Source of the DNA: an uncultured archaeon
GTDB taxonomy: Archaea > Aenigmatarchaeota > Aenigmatarchaeia > GW2011-AR5
NCBI GenBank assembly: GCA_964373695.1
Contig: CAYJVT010000007.1
Span: forward strand, 1-47,778
Reading direction: 5' to 3'
Length of the DNA: 47,778 nucleotides
This document shows, in pieces, positions 1-9,591 of this stretch. Position numbers and translations under genes: made by a program. The notes under the pieces were generated by a model that was not told the origin of the DNA, searched no databases, and saw only the letters and a list, made by a program, of their open reading frames with translations. Numbering within the stretch: the first letter of the stretch is position 1; each line of letters starts with the position of its first letter.

Positions 1-25
1 CCTGCGGTCCCGAAACGGAGCTCAT

Positions 26-1600
26 TCATAGAATCATCTTCTTCAACTCTTCCATGCTTTTCACCTTCATACACACAGTGCCTTTGCAGACGCCTGCTGT
101 GAACTGGCCTTCTCTCAAGAATTTAATCATCCTGAGCGGGTTAAATATTTTCAGTACTTCGTTATATTCCGATTCGCTGCACTGTAGTTTTATCTGCACG
201 GCGTTGAGGCGCTCTATAGCGAGAGCGTACGGCGCGGCCATCATGCCGTACATTCCGTAAACATCTCCCAAATCCTTCAGTATCTTTTCCGCTTTGTTCC
301 TGAAAGAGTCGTCATCGGTGTGGAACGCAAGCCTTATGAAAGAGTCTGCGACAGTGGAGTTTTCAGCGAGGTTCCTGTTCCTCATGCGCAGCATGCCTAT
401 ATCGTTCCCATGAAGCCTGTCGTTGAGCGTGCCTTCAATGAAGAAGTTCTCCTTTATGAATGATGCGATATCTTTCGCTATATCCAGGTATTTTTTGTCC
501 CTAGTACCCTCATATACATCAAGCAATGCCTTCAGCATCTGAGAGTTGTCAGTCAGAAGACCATACTCACCGTCGGCGCAGTGGCGGAATCCTTTCTCTT
601 CCGAGTAAAGGTTTTCCAGTACGAACTCTAGAACTTCGATGGCTTTTTTCCTGTAGGAAGCGTCGATGAATACAGAAGCTTCGATGAGGGCCGAAATCAT
701 CTTTGCGTTGAGGTTTGTGAATATGGTTTTGTCTATCCCGGGCTTGTCGCGCTTCTCGCGCTCCTCCTCTCCTAGATTGTAGTATTCTTCGTCTGCATCC
801 TGGCTTCCATAGAACGCATCTCCGATGAGGTTTTCCATTACATAGCCTATGGCCTTCCTCGCTGTGTCGGCATATTCCTTATTTCCTGTCATGGCGTAGC
901 CGTGGACGTAATTCCTTATCACTTCGGCGTTGCCCTCGAGCATTTTCTCGTAGTGTGGCACAGTCCAGTCGGGGCTTACGGAATACCTGAAGAACCCGCC
1001 TTCAACGCTGTCCTGCAATGCCGTCATCTTGTCAAGGGTCATGAGCGCGAACATCTTGAACTGGCTGTCCTTCCTTATGAGAATGCAGAACTCTATCACT
1101 TCGCTCATCGGGAACTTCTGCCCGTGCCCGAATCCCCCATAATTTACGTCAAAGCTTTCCTTGACTCGCATTGAAACCTCTTCCTGTATTTGGGACAGGT
1201 CCGTGTCGACGGGCTTCCTCTCCCTTTCCGTCATCTGTGGTATCTTGTCGGCGTTCTTCTCGTAGAAGTTCTTCACCTGCTCCAGCATGAAGCCGAATTC
1301 ATGAGGCGGCACGTATGTCGCGCCTGTTATTATGTTTCCATTACTGTCAAGAAAAACAGTTGTAGGCCAGCCGCCCTGGTTGTACCTTTCGTTTATGTCA
1401 GGCCTGCGGTCGGTATCGACTTTTATGGGAATGAAATCGGAATTTATGACTTGTGCTATATCTGAATTCTCATAATTATTTTTTTGCATCTCGTGGCACC
1501 AATGACACCAGACCCCATGTATGTCAAGGAGAACAGGCTTCTTTTCTTTCTTTGCCTTGTCGAAAGCCTCCTTGCTCCATTCCATCCATTTCACAGGCAT
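26..1600 (-). CDS. Thioredoxin domain-containing protein (YyaL/DUF255 family: N-terminal thioredoxin-like domain plus alpha/alpha-barrel)
   Basis: W..WS.EAF..AK.E.KPV start, WCHWCHEM motif, GGWPTTVFL, GGFG...KFP, VPHYEKML motifs typical of YyaL/SSP411. Confidence 0.9.
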   Translation of the reverse strand: MPVKWMEWSKEAFDKAKKEKKPVLLDIHGVWCHWCHEMQKNNYENSDIAQVINSDFIPIKVDTDRRPDINERYNQGGWPTTVFLDSNGNIITGATYVPPHEFGFMLEQVKNFYEKNADKIPQMTERERKPVDTDLSQIQEEVSMRVKESFDVNYGGFGHGQKFPMSEVIEFCILIRKDSQFKMFALMTLDKMTALQDSVEGGFFRYSVSPDWTVPHYEKMLEGNAEVIRNYVHGYAMTGNKEYADTARKAIGYVMENLIGDAFYGSQDADEEYYNLGEEEREKRDKPGIDKTIFTNLNAKMISALIEASVFIDASYRKKAIEVLEFVLENLYSEEKGFRHCADGEYGLLTDNSQMLKALLDVYEGTRDKKYLDIAKDIASFIKENFFIEGTLNDRLHGNDIGMLRMRNRNLAENSTVADSFIRLAFHTDDDSFRNKAEKILKDLGDVYGMYGMMAAPYALAIERLNAVQIKLQCSESEYNEVLKIFNPLRMIKFLREGQFTAGVCKGTVCMKVKSMEELKKMIL

Positions 1601-1649
1601 TAGTCTTAATTCACGGAAACAGTTAAGAAAGCACTGTCAAATTAATCTA

Positions 1650-2750
1650 ATGATTCTGGAGATTCTGGCTGTCTTGGCGGTTCTTTCAGAGATTTACTTC
1701 ATGAAAGGCATGTTCGGCACTCGGAAAAGGCTTCTCTTGCGCAAAAAATGGGGCAAGTATGCGCCTTCGGTCTCAGTCATAATGCCCTGCAGGGGTGTTG
1801 ACCACAGGTTTGAGGACGGCATCAGGGCGTTGATTTCACAGGACTATCAGGGCAGGAAGGAGTTCATATTCGTTGTTGACGACATGAAGGACGAATGCGT
1901 GAAAATACTGAAGAAGTCTAGAAACGTCAGGATACTTGTCAACAGGCATTTCAAGGATTACAGCGGCAAGAACTCGGCTCTTCTTACAGGTATTGGAAAG
2001 TCAAAAGGAGATATATTGGTGTTTGCTGATTCAGACATTATGCCGGCAAAAGACTGGCTCCAAAGCCTTGTGGAACCTTTACAGGACGATAAAATAGCGG
2101 CGTCAACAGGCTACAGGTGGTATTTTCCGCTGAAGCGTGGTATCGTCTCCTGCCTGCGCTCGGCTTGGGACGGCATAGGCTCCTCGCTCATGACTGGCAA
2201 GTACAGATTCGTTTGGGGAGGCAGTTTCGCTTTGAGGCGGTCGGATTTCACGAAATTTGGCGTCAGGAACCTGTGGAAGGGCGAGATTTCTGATGATGCG
2301 CCTATCACAAGGTACATAGATGAAAGGGGGATGCACATAGAGTTCGTCCCGCGTGCCGTCGTAGCGAGCTTTGATGATTATAAGATTAGCGAGCTAACCA
2401 AGTGGTCGACTCGCCAGGTGCTGATGGTTAAGATGTATGCGCCGAAGGCTTGGAAGCTCGGTGCTCTCCTTCAGGGCTCTTTCACATTTTTCACAGCTCT
2501 TGGAATTGGACTTCTGGCAGTGGGGAATTTGGCAGGAGCAGTTTTCCTTCTGCCTCTTGCGCTCTCAACATTGCGCGCCTACATAAGATATTCGACTCTG
2601 CAGAAAGCCCTGCCGGAATTCTCCCGCATGGGGATGAAGAAGACGACGGTGTTCCTTGAGGGCCCTGGAAAGATTCTGATGTTCTACAACACGCTGCGCG
2701 TCATCATGGTGAAGGAAGTGGAATGGAGAGGGAAGAAGTATAGTGTCTAG
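1650..2750 (+). CDS. Membrane-bound glycosyltransferase family 2 (HpnI/ceramide glucosyltransferase-like)
   Basis: N-terminal TM, VSVIMPCRG, GKNSAL, FADSD (DxD), WGGSFA, SDD; C-terminal TMs. Start moved from 1521 to ATG 1650 to remove the overlap with the upstream gene. Confidence 0.8.
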   Translation: MILEILAVLAVLSEIYFMKGMFGTRKRLLLRKKWGKYAPSVSVIMPCRGVDHRFEDGIRALISQDYQGRKEFIFVVDDMKDECVKILKKSRNVRILVNRHFKDYSGKNSALLTGIGKSKGDILVFADSDIMPAKDWLQSLVEPLQDDKIAASTGYRWYFPLKRGIVSCLRSAWDGIGSSLMTGKYRFVWGGSFALRRSDFTKFGVRNLWKGEISDDAPITRYIDERGMHIEFVPRAVVASFDDYKISELTKWSTRQVLMVKMYAPKAWKLGALLQGSFTFFTALGIGLLAVGNLAGAVFLLPLALSTLRAYIRYSTLQKALPEFSRMGMKKTTVFLEGPGKILMFYNTLRVIMVKEVEWRGKKYSV

Positions 2751-3055
2751 TCCTCGATGCTCACTTCATCGCCTTTAACATTAACTTTGTACGTCTTTAT
2801 CTTAGCCGTCGGAAAGACAGGCGACACACCTGTCTTGATGTCGAACTTCCAGCCGTGCCACGGGCATGTAACCACGCTTCCGTCCAGAGAGCCCTCCCCG
2901 AGGGGACCGCCCTTGTGCGGGCATGTGTGCTGTATGGCGTAGAACCGGCCTTCATGCTTGAACACCGCGACATCCTCACCGTTCACGCTCACGACTTTTG
3001 CACAGCCTTCCTTTATTTCATCTACCGAACCGACTTTTGTCGTCATAACTATCAC
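2747..3055 (-). CDS. Rieske [2Fe-2S] ferredoxin (NirD/dioxygenase ferredoxin-like)
   Basis: CPHKGGPL and CPWHGWKFD Rieske motifs. Confidence 0.92.
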   Translation of the reverse strand: MIVMTTKVGSVDEIKEGCAKVVSVNGEDVAVFKHEGRFYAIQHTCPHKGGPLGEGSLDGSVVTCPWHGWKFDIKTGVSPVFPTAKIKTYKVNVKGDEVSIED

Positions 3056-3082
3056 CTAAAATTAGTTAAGAAAGAAATATAT

Positions 3083-3520
3083 TTAACCTATGTATTTCAT
3101 GCCACTGAGTTCTTCTATGCGGCGCCTGCCGGCGAATCCGTTCTCGGCCGGATGCCAGTAAAGGACCTGCTTCTCGCCGTACCTCCAGCACAGGAATACT
3201 ATTTCACCCTCATTGTCGTAGAGGAAGTCGACAAGGCCGTTCTTGAGGTCCTTTATCTCTATGCCTAGAGCCTGCATCTGCGCGACCTCGTTTTTTATAG
3301 CCGTCATGAGGGAATCTCTCTTCTTCATCCTCTCAAGGTACATGAAATGGTCGAGGTTCCTGTTGTCCATGATATCGTTGCCCCATATGTCAAACAGGTC
3401 CTTGAGGTCCATCGTTGCCGCGTTTAGCTCGCCATTCATCCTGAATATCCTGTCGAACGTCTCCTCTATGTCCGGTATCAGGGCATTCGCCTCATCGAGA
3501 GTGAAGAACTTTCCGGCCAT
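3083..3520 (-). CDS. DUF2203 family protein
   Basis: FTLDEANALIP ... IKDL..GLVDF ... LCWRYGE...YWH....GFAGRR signature; start moved to ATG 3520. Confidence 0.85.
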   Translation of the reverse strand: MAGKFFTLDEANALIPDIEETFDRIFRMNGELNAATMDLKDLFDIWGNDIMDNRNLDHFMYLERMKKRDSLMTAIKNEVAQMQALGIEIKDLKNGLVDFLYDNEGEIVFLCWRYGEKQVLYWHPAENGFAGRRRIEELSGMKYIG

Positions 3521-3561
3521 GTGAAAGTATTGTTGATAAGTGGTATATAAAGGGAAAAATC

Positions 3562-4875
3562 TCAGTTTCCGGCTTTGCGGAGCCATTCATAATATTCATC
3601 TACAACACGCTTCATGCTGGGTATTGACTGCACGATTTTAAGGTCTATTCCACCGGTACTATTCATCTCAAGAACTTGCATTACTCTATCAAAAACTTCT
3701 TCTCTTTTTGTTATGTCAGGCTCTTGAAGCTCCTTGAACCGGGCAAAAGCGACATAATTTCTGTAAAATGAGGTATTCTCTATTTTTTCTGCCAGTCTCA
3801 TGTCTGCATCAAGCCTGTATTGCCTCATGTATTCTCTCATTTTATGTCTTTCCATCATTTCTTGATATTCATTATAGCCGAAAAATCCTGCAATCGGTAA
3901 TAGAGTTAGTGAAGCGGCAACAGCATAGGACATATGACTTCTTTTTAGTGCCGGAAGCTCGAATATACCAGACCCCGTATTTATCACTATAGCCCTGTCC
4001 TTCATTTTCAGACCACAGTCTTTTGCGTATTTCATTGCGCCTGCAAATGCCGCGGCCGCACTTGGCTCCGCCTTTATGCCCAGCTCTCTAAGCGCCTCAT
4101 ATTCTTGCGTAATTTCCCTGTCAGAAACCTGCATTATCATATGGTCGTCTGTTTTACATAATTCCGTAAGAACCGACCTGAAGTCCGAATAAGGTGTAAC
4201 AAGCTTGTCGGCAATGCTTTTCTTCACTCTCCTGTCGAAGTTTCTACCCGATGCAAACACATTGTCGTTAATGGTAACGCCTATTATCTTCGGAGGATTC
4301 TTCATCCCTTGGGTCGAAAGCGCCAGTTGCGTCATCAGTTCTCCTTCGCCTACAGGGCAGAACCAGAAATCAGCATTCTCATCGAACAATTCTGCCGCAA
4401 GGGAGCCATAGCCGTTGGAAGCCGGATTCGCACGCTCAACAACCCTGTATACAGCGTTTCTGTCTCCTATCAGTTCTCTTCCCATTTCATCGAGCCTGTT
4501 GTTCGGGATTATTTCTCTGCGGCCGTCAACTTCATGAACCTCGCCGTACGCCATTAAGGCCTGCTTTATTGATGCAGGTGTCCTGGAATCAACTACATTC
4601 AAGACATTTCTTTTTCTGCCTGTGGCTCTGGAATAAGCTTGGCATGCTCTTCCCATCGAAAGACCAGAGTTGCCTGATGTGAATGTAACATACCATACAG
4701 GGGCTTCTATGTTACTGTCCCTTTCGAGAATGTAGATGTTCCTTCTGTCTTTGAAGGTGCCGCTTGCTTCGTTCTGGCTTTCATCTTTTACGGCTACGCT
4801 GACTCCGTATCTGCCGCTGAGCTGTGGCACATCAATGAGCCTTGTATCTCCTGTCTTATAGCCGCAAAAATCCAT
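3562..4875 (-). CDS. PLP-dependent fold-type II enzyme (threonine/cysteine synthase-like) with C-terminal TM and helical extension
   Basis: SGTFKDR (PLP lysine), TSGNSGLS, PVGEGEL, AEPSAAAAFAG, INTGSG; hydrophobic stretch YAVAASLTLLPIAGFFGY follows the catalytic domain. Confidence 0.7.
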   Translation of the reverse strand: MDFCGYKTGDTRLIDVPQLSGRYGVSVAVKDESQNEASGTFKDRRNIYILERDSNIEAPVWYVTFTSGNSGLSMGRACQAYSRATGRKRNVLNVVDSRTPASIKQALMAYGEVHEVDGRREIIPNNRLDEMGRELIGDRNAVYRVVERANPASNGYGSLAAELFDENADFWFCPVGEGELMTQLALSTQGMKNPPKIIGVTINDNVFASGRNFDRRVKKSIADKLVTPYSDFRSVLTELCKTDDHMIMQVSDREITQEYEALRELGIKAEPSAAAAFAGAMKYAKDCGLKMKDRAIVINTGSGIFELPALKRSHMSYAVAASLTLLPIAGFFGYNEYQEMMERHKMREYMRQYRLDADMRLAEKIENTSFYRNYVAFARFKELQEPDITKREEVFDRVMQVLEMNSTGGIDLKIVQSIPSMKRVVDEYYEWLRKAGN

Positions 4876-5019
4876 AACCACACCATTTTTACTTATGGAT
4901 GTGCATTGTTAAATAAAGTGTTGAAATCACCGAAAAGTGGCTAAATGTTAAATGAGTGTTGATAATGAAAAACATCGGGGTTGAAGGCTTAAAAGGCGGG
5001 AAATTTAATAGTAATTTTA

Positions 5020-5226
5020 ATGGAAAACGGAAAGGAAAACATTTTGAAATGGGTAGGAGCTTTGGTTGGGATTGGCTCTGTAGGTTCTTTGATACTTACA
5101 ATTCTCAATTCAAATGCGTCAGAAGCTCTGAAATATTTTGCTATAACAATAGTCTTTTTTATAGCCCTGATTTTATATATAGAATTAGTAGTCAAGAAAA
5201 CAGTAAAAGAAACGGTGAAAGTATAA
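5020..5226 (+). CDS. Small two-TM hypothetical membrane protein (68 aa)
   Basis: Two hydrophobic helices, AT-rich; TAATG stop/start overlap with the next ORF. Confidence 0.55.
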   Translation: MENGKENILKWVGALVGIGSVGSLILTILNSNASEALKYFAITIVFFIALILYIELVVKKTVKETVKV

Positions 5227-5336
5227 TGACTAAACTAAAGAAAGGAGTTGTTGCTTATTTTGGGCTTGTCTTTTTAGCAATATTGATAATTGTTCTCGTT
5301 TACTTATTCCTGAAAAGTCAAGGTATAATATCTTAA
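5226..5336 (+). CDS. Single-TM micro-protein (36 aa, MTKLKKGVVAYFGLVFLAILIIVLVYLFLKSQGIIS)
   Basis: ATG at 5226 coupled to the upstream stop; basic N-terminus plus a long hydrophobic helix. Confidence 0.5.
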   Translation: MTKLKKGVVAYFGLVFLAILIIVLVYLFLKSQGIIS

Positions 5337-5426
5337 GTTTATTTATTCTTCATACTCATCCTCAACAACCCTTATGGATGAGTCATTATTTAAGCTTTTC
5401 TATTTTAACTACTTTTAAGTTATTAA

Positions 5427-6398
5427 TTATGCATGCGTTACCAGATGCTCTTCAGAGACGAGAACAGCGTCAAAAGTCTGTATGATGTCGGAAAATTTCT
5501 CTTTGATTTCATTGGTCATTCTATAAAACTCGTCTATAGATGGCATCTCAATTTCAAGCTCCAAATCCCATTCGCCCACAACCCTTATCCAATGCACGAC
5601 ATTCGGATGCTGCCTTGCATAAAGCTTGAATTCGTGAAGCTTCTTTTTGCTTGTGTTCTGGAACCTTATTAGGCATTTGAAGAAAAGATAATTAAGCTTC
5701 CTGTAACTTATGGCAAGCTTGTAGCCTACTATGATGCCATTTTTCTCCAGAATCTTCCTTCTGTAGTTTATTATTCTGTCCGAAAGCCCTGTAATTTCAC
5801 CCAGTTCTCTTGAAGAAGCCCTGGAATTCTTCGAGAGCGCCTTTATTATTTTCATGTCTATGTCGTCAAAATTCTCCTTTTCCGCCGGGCTCAGGACAAG
5901 AAATGCCTTTCGCATGGGGTTCTTTTTCCCCATTATATACTGCCTTGGGTATGTTTCAATTTCCGTGCCTATTGCAAAGGAATTCCTCTGGAAATAGGAG
6001 TCAAAAAGTCTGAAAAACTCGTCCTTGAACCTCTCAAATTCGAATAGGGACATGAACTTTATTGCTATCATAAGGTCAAAGTTTCCCTCGGTGCTTGCAA
6101 GCCAGCCAACATGCTTCTGTTTCAGGACATAATCTACGATCTCCTTCTTCTTTGAGTCCTTTATGTGGCTGTATTTGATATAGAGCTTGTAGTGCGTCAG
6201 ACCTAGCTTTGCGAAATGTGAAAGTGTTATGTAGTTTGAAATCACGCCTTTCTCTTCAAGCTGTTTTACCCTGTAGGCTACAGATTCTTTTGTTGTGCGC
6301 AGTTTCCTTGATATCTGCTTCAGGCTCTGCCTTGCGTCGGTATCCAGCTCAAGGAGTATTTTCCTGTCCTTTTCATCAAGCTTCACTTCTTTTGACAT
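5427..6398 (-). CDS. Tandem (double) Lrp/AsnC-family transcriptional regulator
   Basis: Two HTH + RAM-domain repeats (LDEKDRKILLELDTDARQSLKQIS; DDIDMKIIKALSKNSRASSREL; GEWDLELEI). Confidence 0.88.
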   Translation of the reverse strand: MSKEVKLDEKDRKILLELDTDARQSLKQISRKLRTTKESVAYRVKQLEEKGVISNYITLSHFAKLGLTHYKLYIKYSHIKDSKKKEIVDYVLKQKHVGWLASTEGNFDLMIAIKFMSLFEFERFKDEFFRLFDSYFQRNSFAIGTEIETYPRQYIMGKKNPMRKAFLVLSPAEKENFDDIDMKIIKALSKNSRASSRELGEITGLSDRIINYRRKILEKNGIIVGYKLAISYRKLNYLFFKCLIRFQNTSKKKLHEFKLYARQHPNVVHWIRVVGEWDLELEIEMPSIDEFYRMTNEIKEKFSDIIQTFDAVLVSEEHLVTHA

Positions 6399-6512
6399 AT
6401 ATTTAACTTTTATACATTAATGCTTAAATATTGTAGTTTTATTAAAAATTCTTGAAATAAATTTTATATTCTAATAATGTTTATTATTATGAAGTGATGA
6501 CGGGGTGAAGGG

Positions 6513-8678
6513 ATGAACAAAAGAATTGTAATTGTAATTCTGATAATAGCAGTAATAGTTGCAGTGGTATTGATTTCTACAGGAGGGCGGCAGCAGTCTT
6601 CTGGGCAAAAAGAACTCATAAAAATCGGATTCATCGGACCGCTGACAGGCGATGCCGCCGTTTATGGACTGCCTTTGAAAAATATGGTAGAATTGGCTGT
6701 AGAAGAAATCAACTCGCAGGGCGGTATTAATGGAAAGAATCTGGAAGTGATTTATGAGGACGGAAAATGTAATGGCAAGGACGGTGCAACTGCAATGCAG
6801 AAGCTGGTCAATGTGGACAATGTTGAAGTGGTTTTGGGCGGATTCTGCAGCAGCGAATCCCTCGGGGCAGAGCCTATAGCAACTGAAAACAAAGTATTCT
6901 TATTTTCTTTGGGCTCAAGTAGCCCGGATTTGACAGGCAAAAGCAGATTCTTTGCTAGGGATTATCCAAGCGACGCGACACAGGGAAAAGTGCTTGCAGA
7001 AGTCGCGATAAAGAATAATTGGAAGAAAACAGCATTCATACAGGAGCAGCTTGATTACCCTCTAGGCGTTTACAGGGCATTCACAGCTGAATATGAGAAG
7101 CTTGGTGGGACTGTCGTTAAAGAGGAATTTCCGAGTCAGACTACAGATTTCAGGTCAATATTAACAAAACTTAAAGTGGAAAATCCGGACATTCTATTTG
7201 TTGACACTCAGACGCCTGCTGTGGCTGAAAGGATACTAAACCAGCTACAGGAATTGAACTGGAAGCCGCAAATAATGGTATCAGATGCTGTAAGTGGCGA
7301 GCCTTCAACTGTCAAGAGAAATTCTGCCATTCTGGAGGGCGCGCTTGCAGCTGAATTTGGCATAGATGAAAACAATCCCAAATTCAAGGGCATGCTAGAA
7401 GCATACAAGAAAAAATATGGAACTGATGCGCCTTATTTGAGCTACGCCCAGACGGAATACGACGGCGTCTACATAATACGCGACGCGATAAAATCAGTCG
7501 GCTACGATGGCGAGAAGATAGCTGGTTACGTGAGAAATCTTAAGGACTGGCAGGGCGCCTCAGGCAGCGTTACCATTGGTGAGAATGGCGACAGAACAGG
7601 CGGTCATGTCCCGAAGATAATCAGAGACGGGAAGGTATTGCTTTACCAAGAAGTCCTAGAGGAAAAAATAAAAATAGGGTTATCTGCCCCTCTTACAGGA
7701 GAAGGTGCAAGCCTGGGACAGGGCGCCCTGATTGGAGCTCAAGTTGCAGTAAAAGAAATTAATTCAGAAAGTGGAATTAACGGACAATTAATTGAACTAA
7801 TAATTGAAGATGATCAATGCTCTTCAAAAGGTATCAATACTTTCAACAAGCTTGTTTATATTGACAAGGTTACAGCCATAATAGGGCCAGCTTGTTCTGC
7901 GGCAGCCGGGCCTGGCATCCCTGTTGCACAGATGAATGGCGTGCCAACTATAATATGGGCATCCGCCCCGCATCTTACTAAAGTGGGAGATTATATATTC
8001 AGAAATTATCCTTCTGATGCATTTCAGGGCAAGTTTGCCGCTGAATATATATTTAATAAAATGGGAAAGAAGGTCGCCATTATATATGTCCAGAATGACT
8101 GGGGAAAAGGCATACGTGATGTATTCTCAGAGCGCTTCAAGCAGCTGGGAGGCACCGTAGCATTTGATGAGGGCGTCCAACAGGATGCTAAAGATTTTAG
8201 GACAGTTCTTGTGAAAGCGAAGGAGGCATATCCAGAAGTTATTTATTTCCCAGTATATCCAGCAAACGGTATTGCTGGATTAAAGCAGATAAAGGAACTT
8301 GGAATAACAGTGCCTGTAATTGGTGGAGACGCATTCGAAACAGATGAGGTTATAAAATCTGAAGATGCTGAAGGAGTTTTTTATACTGTAGGAAAAATCA
8401 ATAATCCGAATGAGTTTAAGGCAAAAATTAAAAATAATTCAGACAAAGACTCAAATCTCGTTACTCCGCTTGCATATGATGCCATAAATATTCTCGCTGA
8501 GGTTATCAAAAAGGAAGGGACAAATAAAAAGGCTATCAGGGATGGCCTGGCCAAAGTTTCATACACACGAGGGGTTTCACTGCCATTGATAGAATTTAAT
8601 GAAAACGGGGATTTGAAAACAGCAGAATTTGAAGTCAAAGTTATCAAAAATAGGGAATCGGTAATTTACAATCCATAG
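6513..8678 (+). CDS. livK: Branched-chain amino-acid ABC transporter substrate-binding protein with two fused PBP type-1 units
   Basis: N-terminal anchor; IKIGFIGPLTG...YEDGKC and a second IKIGLSAPLTG...IEDDQC unit. Confidence 0.9.
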   Translation: MNKRIVIVILIIAVIVAVVLISTGGRQQSSGQKELIKIGFIGPLTGDAAVYGLPLKNMVELAVEEINSQGGINGKNLEVIYEDGKCNGKDGATAMQKLVNVDNVEVVLGGFCSSESLGAEPIATENKVFLFSLGSSSPDLTGKSRFFARDYPSDATQGKVLAEVAIKNNWKKTAFIQEQLDYPLGVYRAFTAEYEKLGGTVVKEEFPSQTTDFRSILTKLKVENPDILFVDTQTPAVAERILNQLQELNWKPQIMVSDAVSGEPSTVKRNSAILEGALAAEFGIDENNPKFKGMLEAYKKKYGTDAPYLSYAQTEYDGVYIIRDAIKSVGYDGEKIAGYVRNLKDWQGASGSVTIGENGDRTGGHVPKIIRDGKVLLYQEVLEEKIKIGLSAPLTGEGASLGQGALIGAQVAVKEINSESGINGQLIELIIEDDQCSSKGINTFNKLVYIDKVTAIIGPACSAAAGPGIPVAQMNGVPTIIWASAPHLTKVGDYIFRNYPSDAFQGKFAAEYIFNKMGKKVAIIYVQNDWGKGIRDVFSERFKQLGGTVAFDEGVQQDAKDFRTVLVKAKEAYPEVIYFPVYPANGIAGLKQIKELGITVPVIGGDAFETDEVIKSEDAEGVFYTVGKINNPNEFKAKIKNNSDKDSNLVTPLAYDAINILAEVIKKEGTNKKAIRDGLAKVSYTRGVSLPLIEFNENGDLKTAEFEVKVIKNRESVIYNP

Positions 8679-8723
8679 AAATTTCTTTTTAACCTTCTTC
8701 AATAAATTATTCAAAGTGGTTAT

Positions 8724-9590
8724 GTGGTCCTTGAGCAGCTCCTGCTGAACGGCATCATCGCCGGAGGCATCTACGCCCTGATTGCGATAGGGTTCAGCCT
8801 TACATACGGGCTTTTGCGCTTCCTCAATCCTGCGCACGGCTCGCTGTATGTGATGGGCGCCTACCTGGCTTTCGTCTTCTTCTCTTCAGGCATGCATATC
8901 GTGGGAGCTTTCATTCTTGCTGTTATGGGAGGGGCTTTGGCAGGTGTTGTAATGAACAAAGCAATTTACAAGCCGCTCCGCTCGCGCAAGTCGAATTCTT
9001 TGATAATGCTGTTGGCATCTCTTGGAATATTCATATTTGTCGAGAATTTTATCATCGCCGCATTCGGCGCCGAGGTCAAGACCATAAGGCTCGGCCCGGT
9101 GACGCAGGGCATGGAGTTCTTCGGCGCAATAATCACGCAGACTCAGGTTGCAATAATTATAATTTCTTTGATAACACTTCTTTTGGTTGAATTGTTCCTT
9201 CTGAAGACGAAGACAGGCAAGGCCATGCGAGCCGCGGCTGACAATAAGGATGTCGCCCAGGTAATCGGCATAAATATCGAGCGCATCAATACTTACGCAT
9301 TTGCATTCGCTTCCGCACTTGCGGCGTCAGCAGGCGTTCTTATTGCAATAGAGCAGAACCTTGAGCCGACTATGGGATTCAATGCCATCATAAAAGGCTT
9401 CACTGCTAGCGTTGTCGGTGGCCTCGGCTCCGTGCGAGGCGCTGTTGCAGGCGCCTTCCTTCTCGGTATTGTTGAGAACATAGGCATATGGTTCTTGCCT
9501 TCAGGTTACAAGGACGCGATAGCGTTTGTAGTCCTTATAGTATTCCTGTTGTTCAGGCCGCAGGGATTGTTTGGGGGGAATGGTGAATAA
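8724..9590 (+). CDS. livH: Branched-chain amino-acid ABC transporter permease
   Basis: QLLLNGIIAGGIYALIAIGFSLTYG...NPAHG; GKAMRAAADN; VVGGLGS. Confidence 0.93.
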   Translation: MVLEQLLLNGIIAGGIYALIAIGFSLTYGLLRFLNPAHGSLYVMGAYLAFVFFSSGMHIVGAFILAVMGGALAGVVMNKAIYKPLRSRKSNSLIMLLASLGIFIFVENFIIAAFGAEVKTIRLGPVTQGMEFFGAIITQTQVAIIIISLITLLLVELFLLKTKTGKAMRAAADNKDVAQVIGINIERINTYAFAFASALAASAGVLIAIEQNLEPTMGFNAIIKGFTASVVGGLGSVRGAVAGAFLLGIVENIGIWFLPSGYKDAIAFVVLIVFLLFRPQGLFGGNGE

Positions 9591-9591
9591 A

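Noticed and set aside
4956-5336. 126-aa ORF as a single protein
   Set aside because: Only the last 36 codons look coding; the overlapping 68-aa ORF plus TAATG coupling explains the region better
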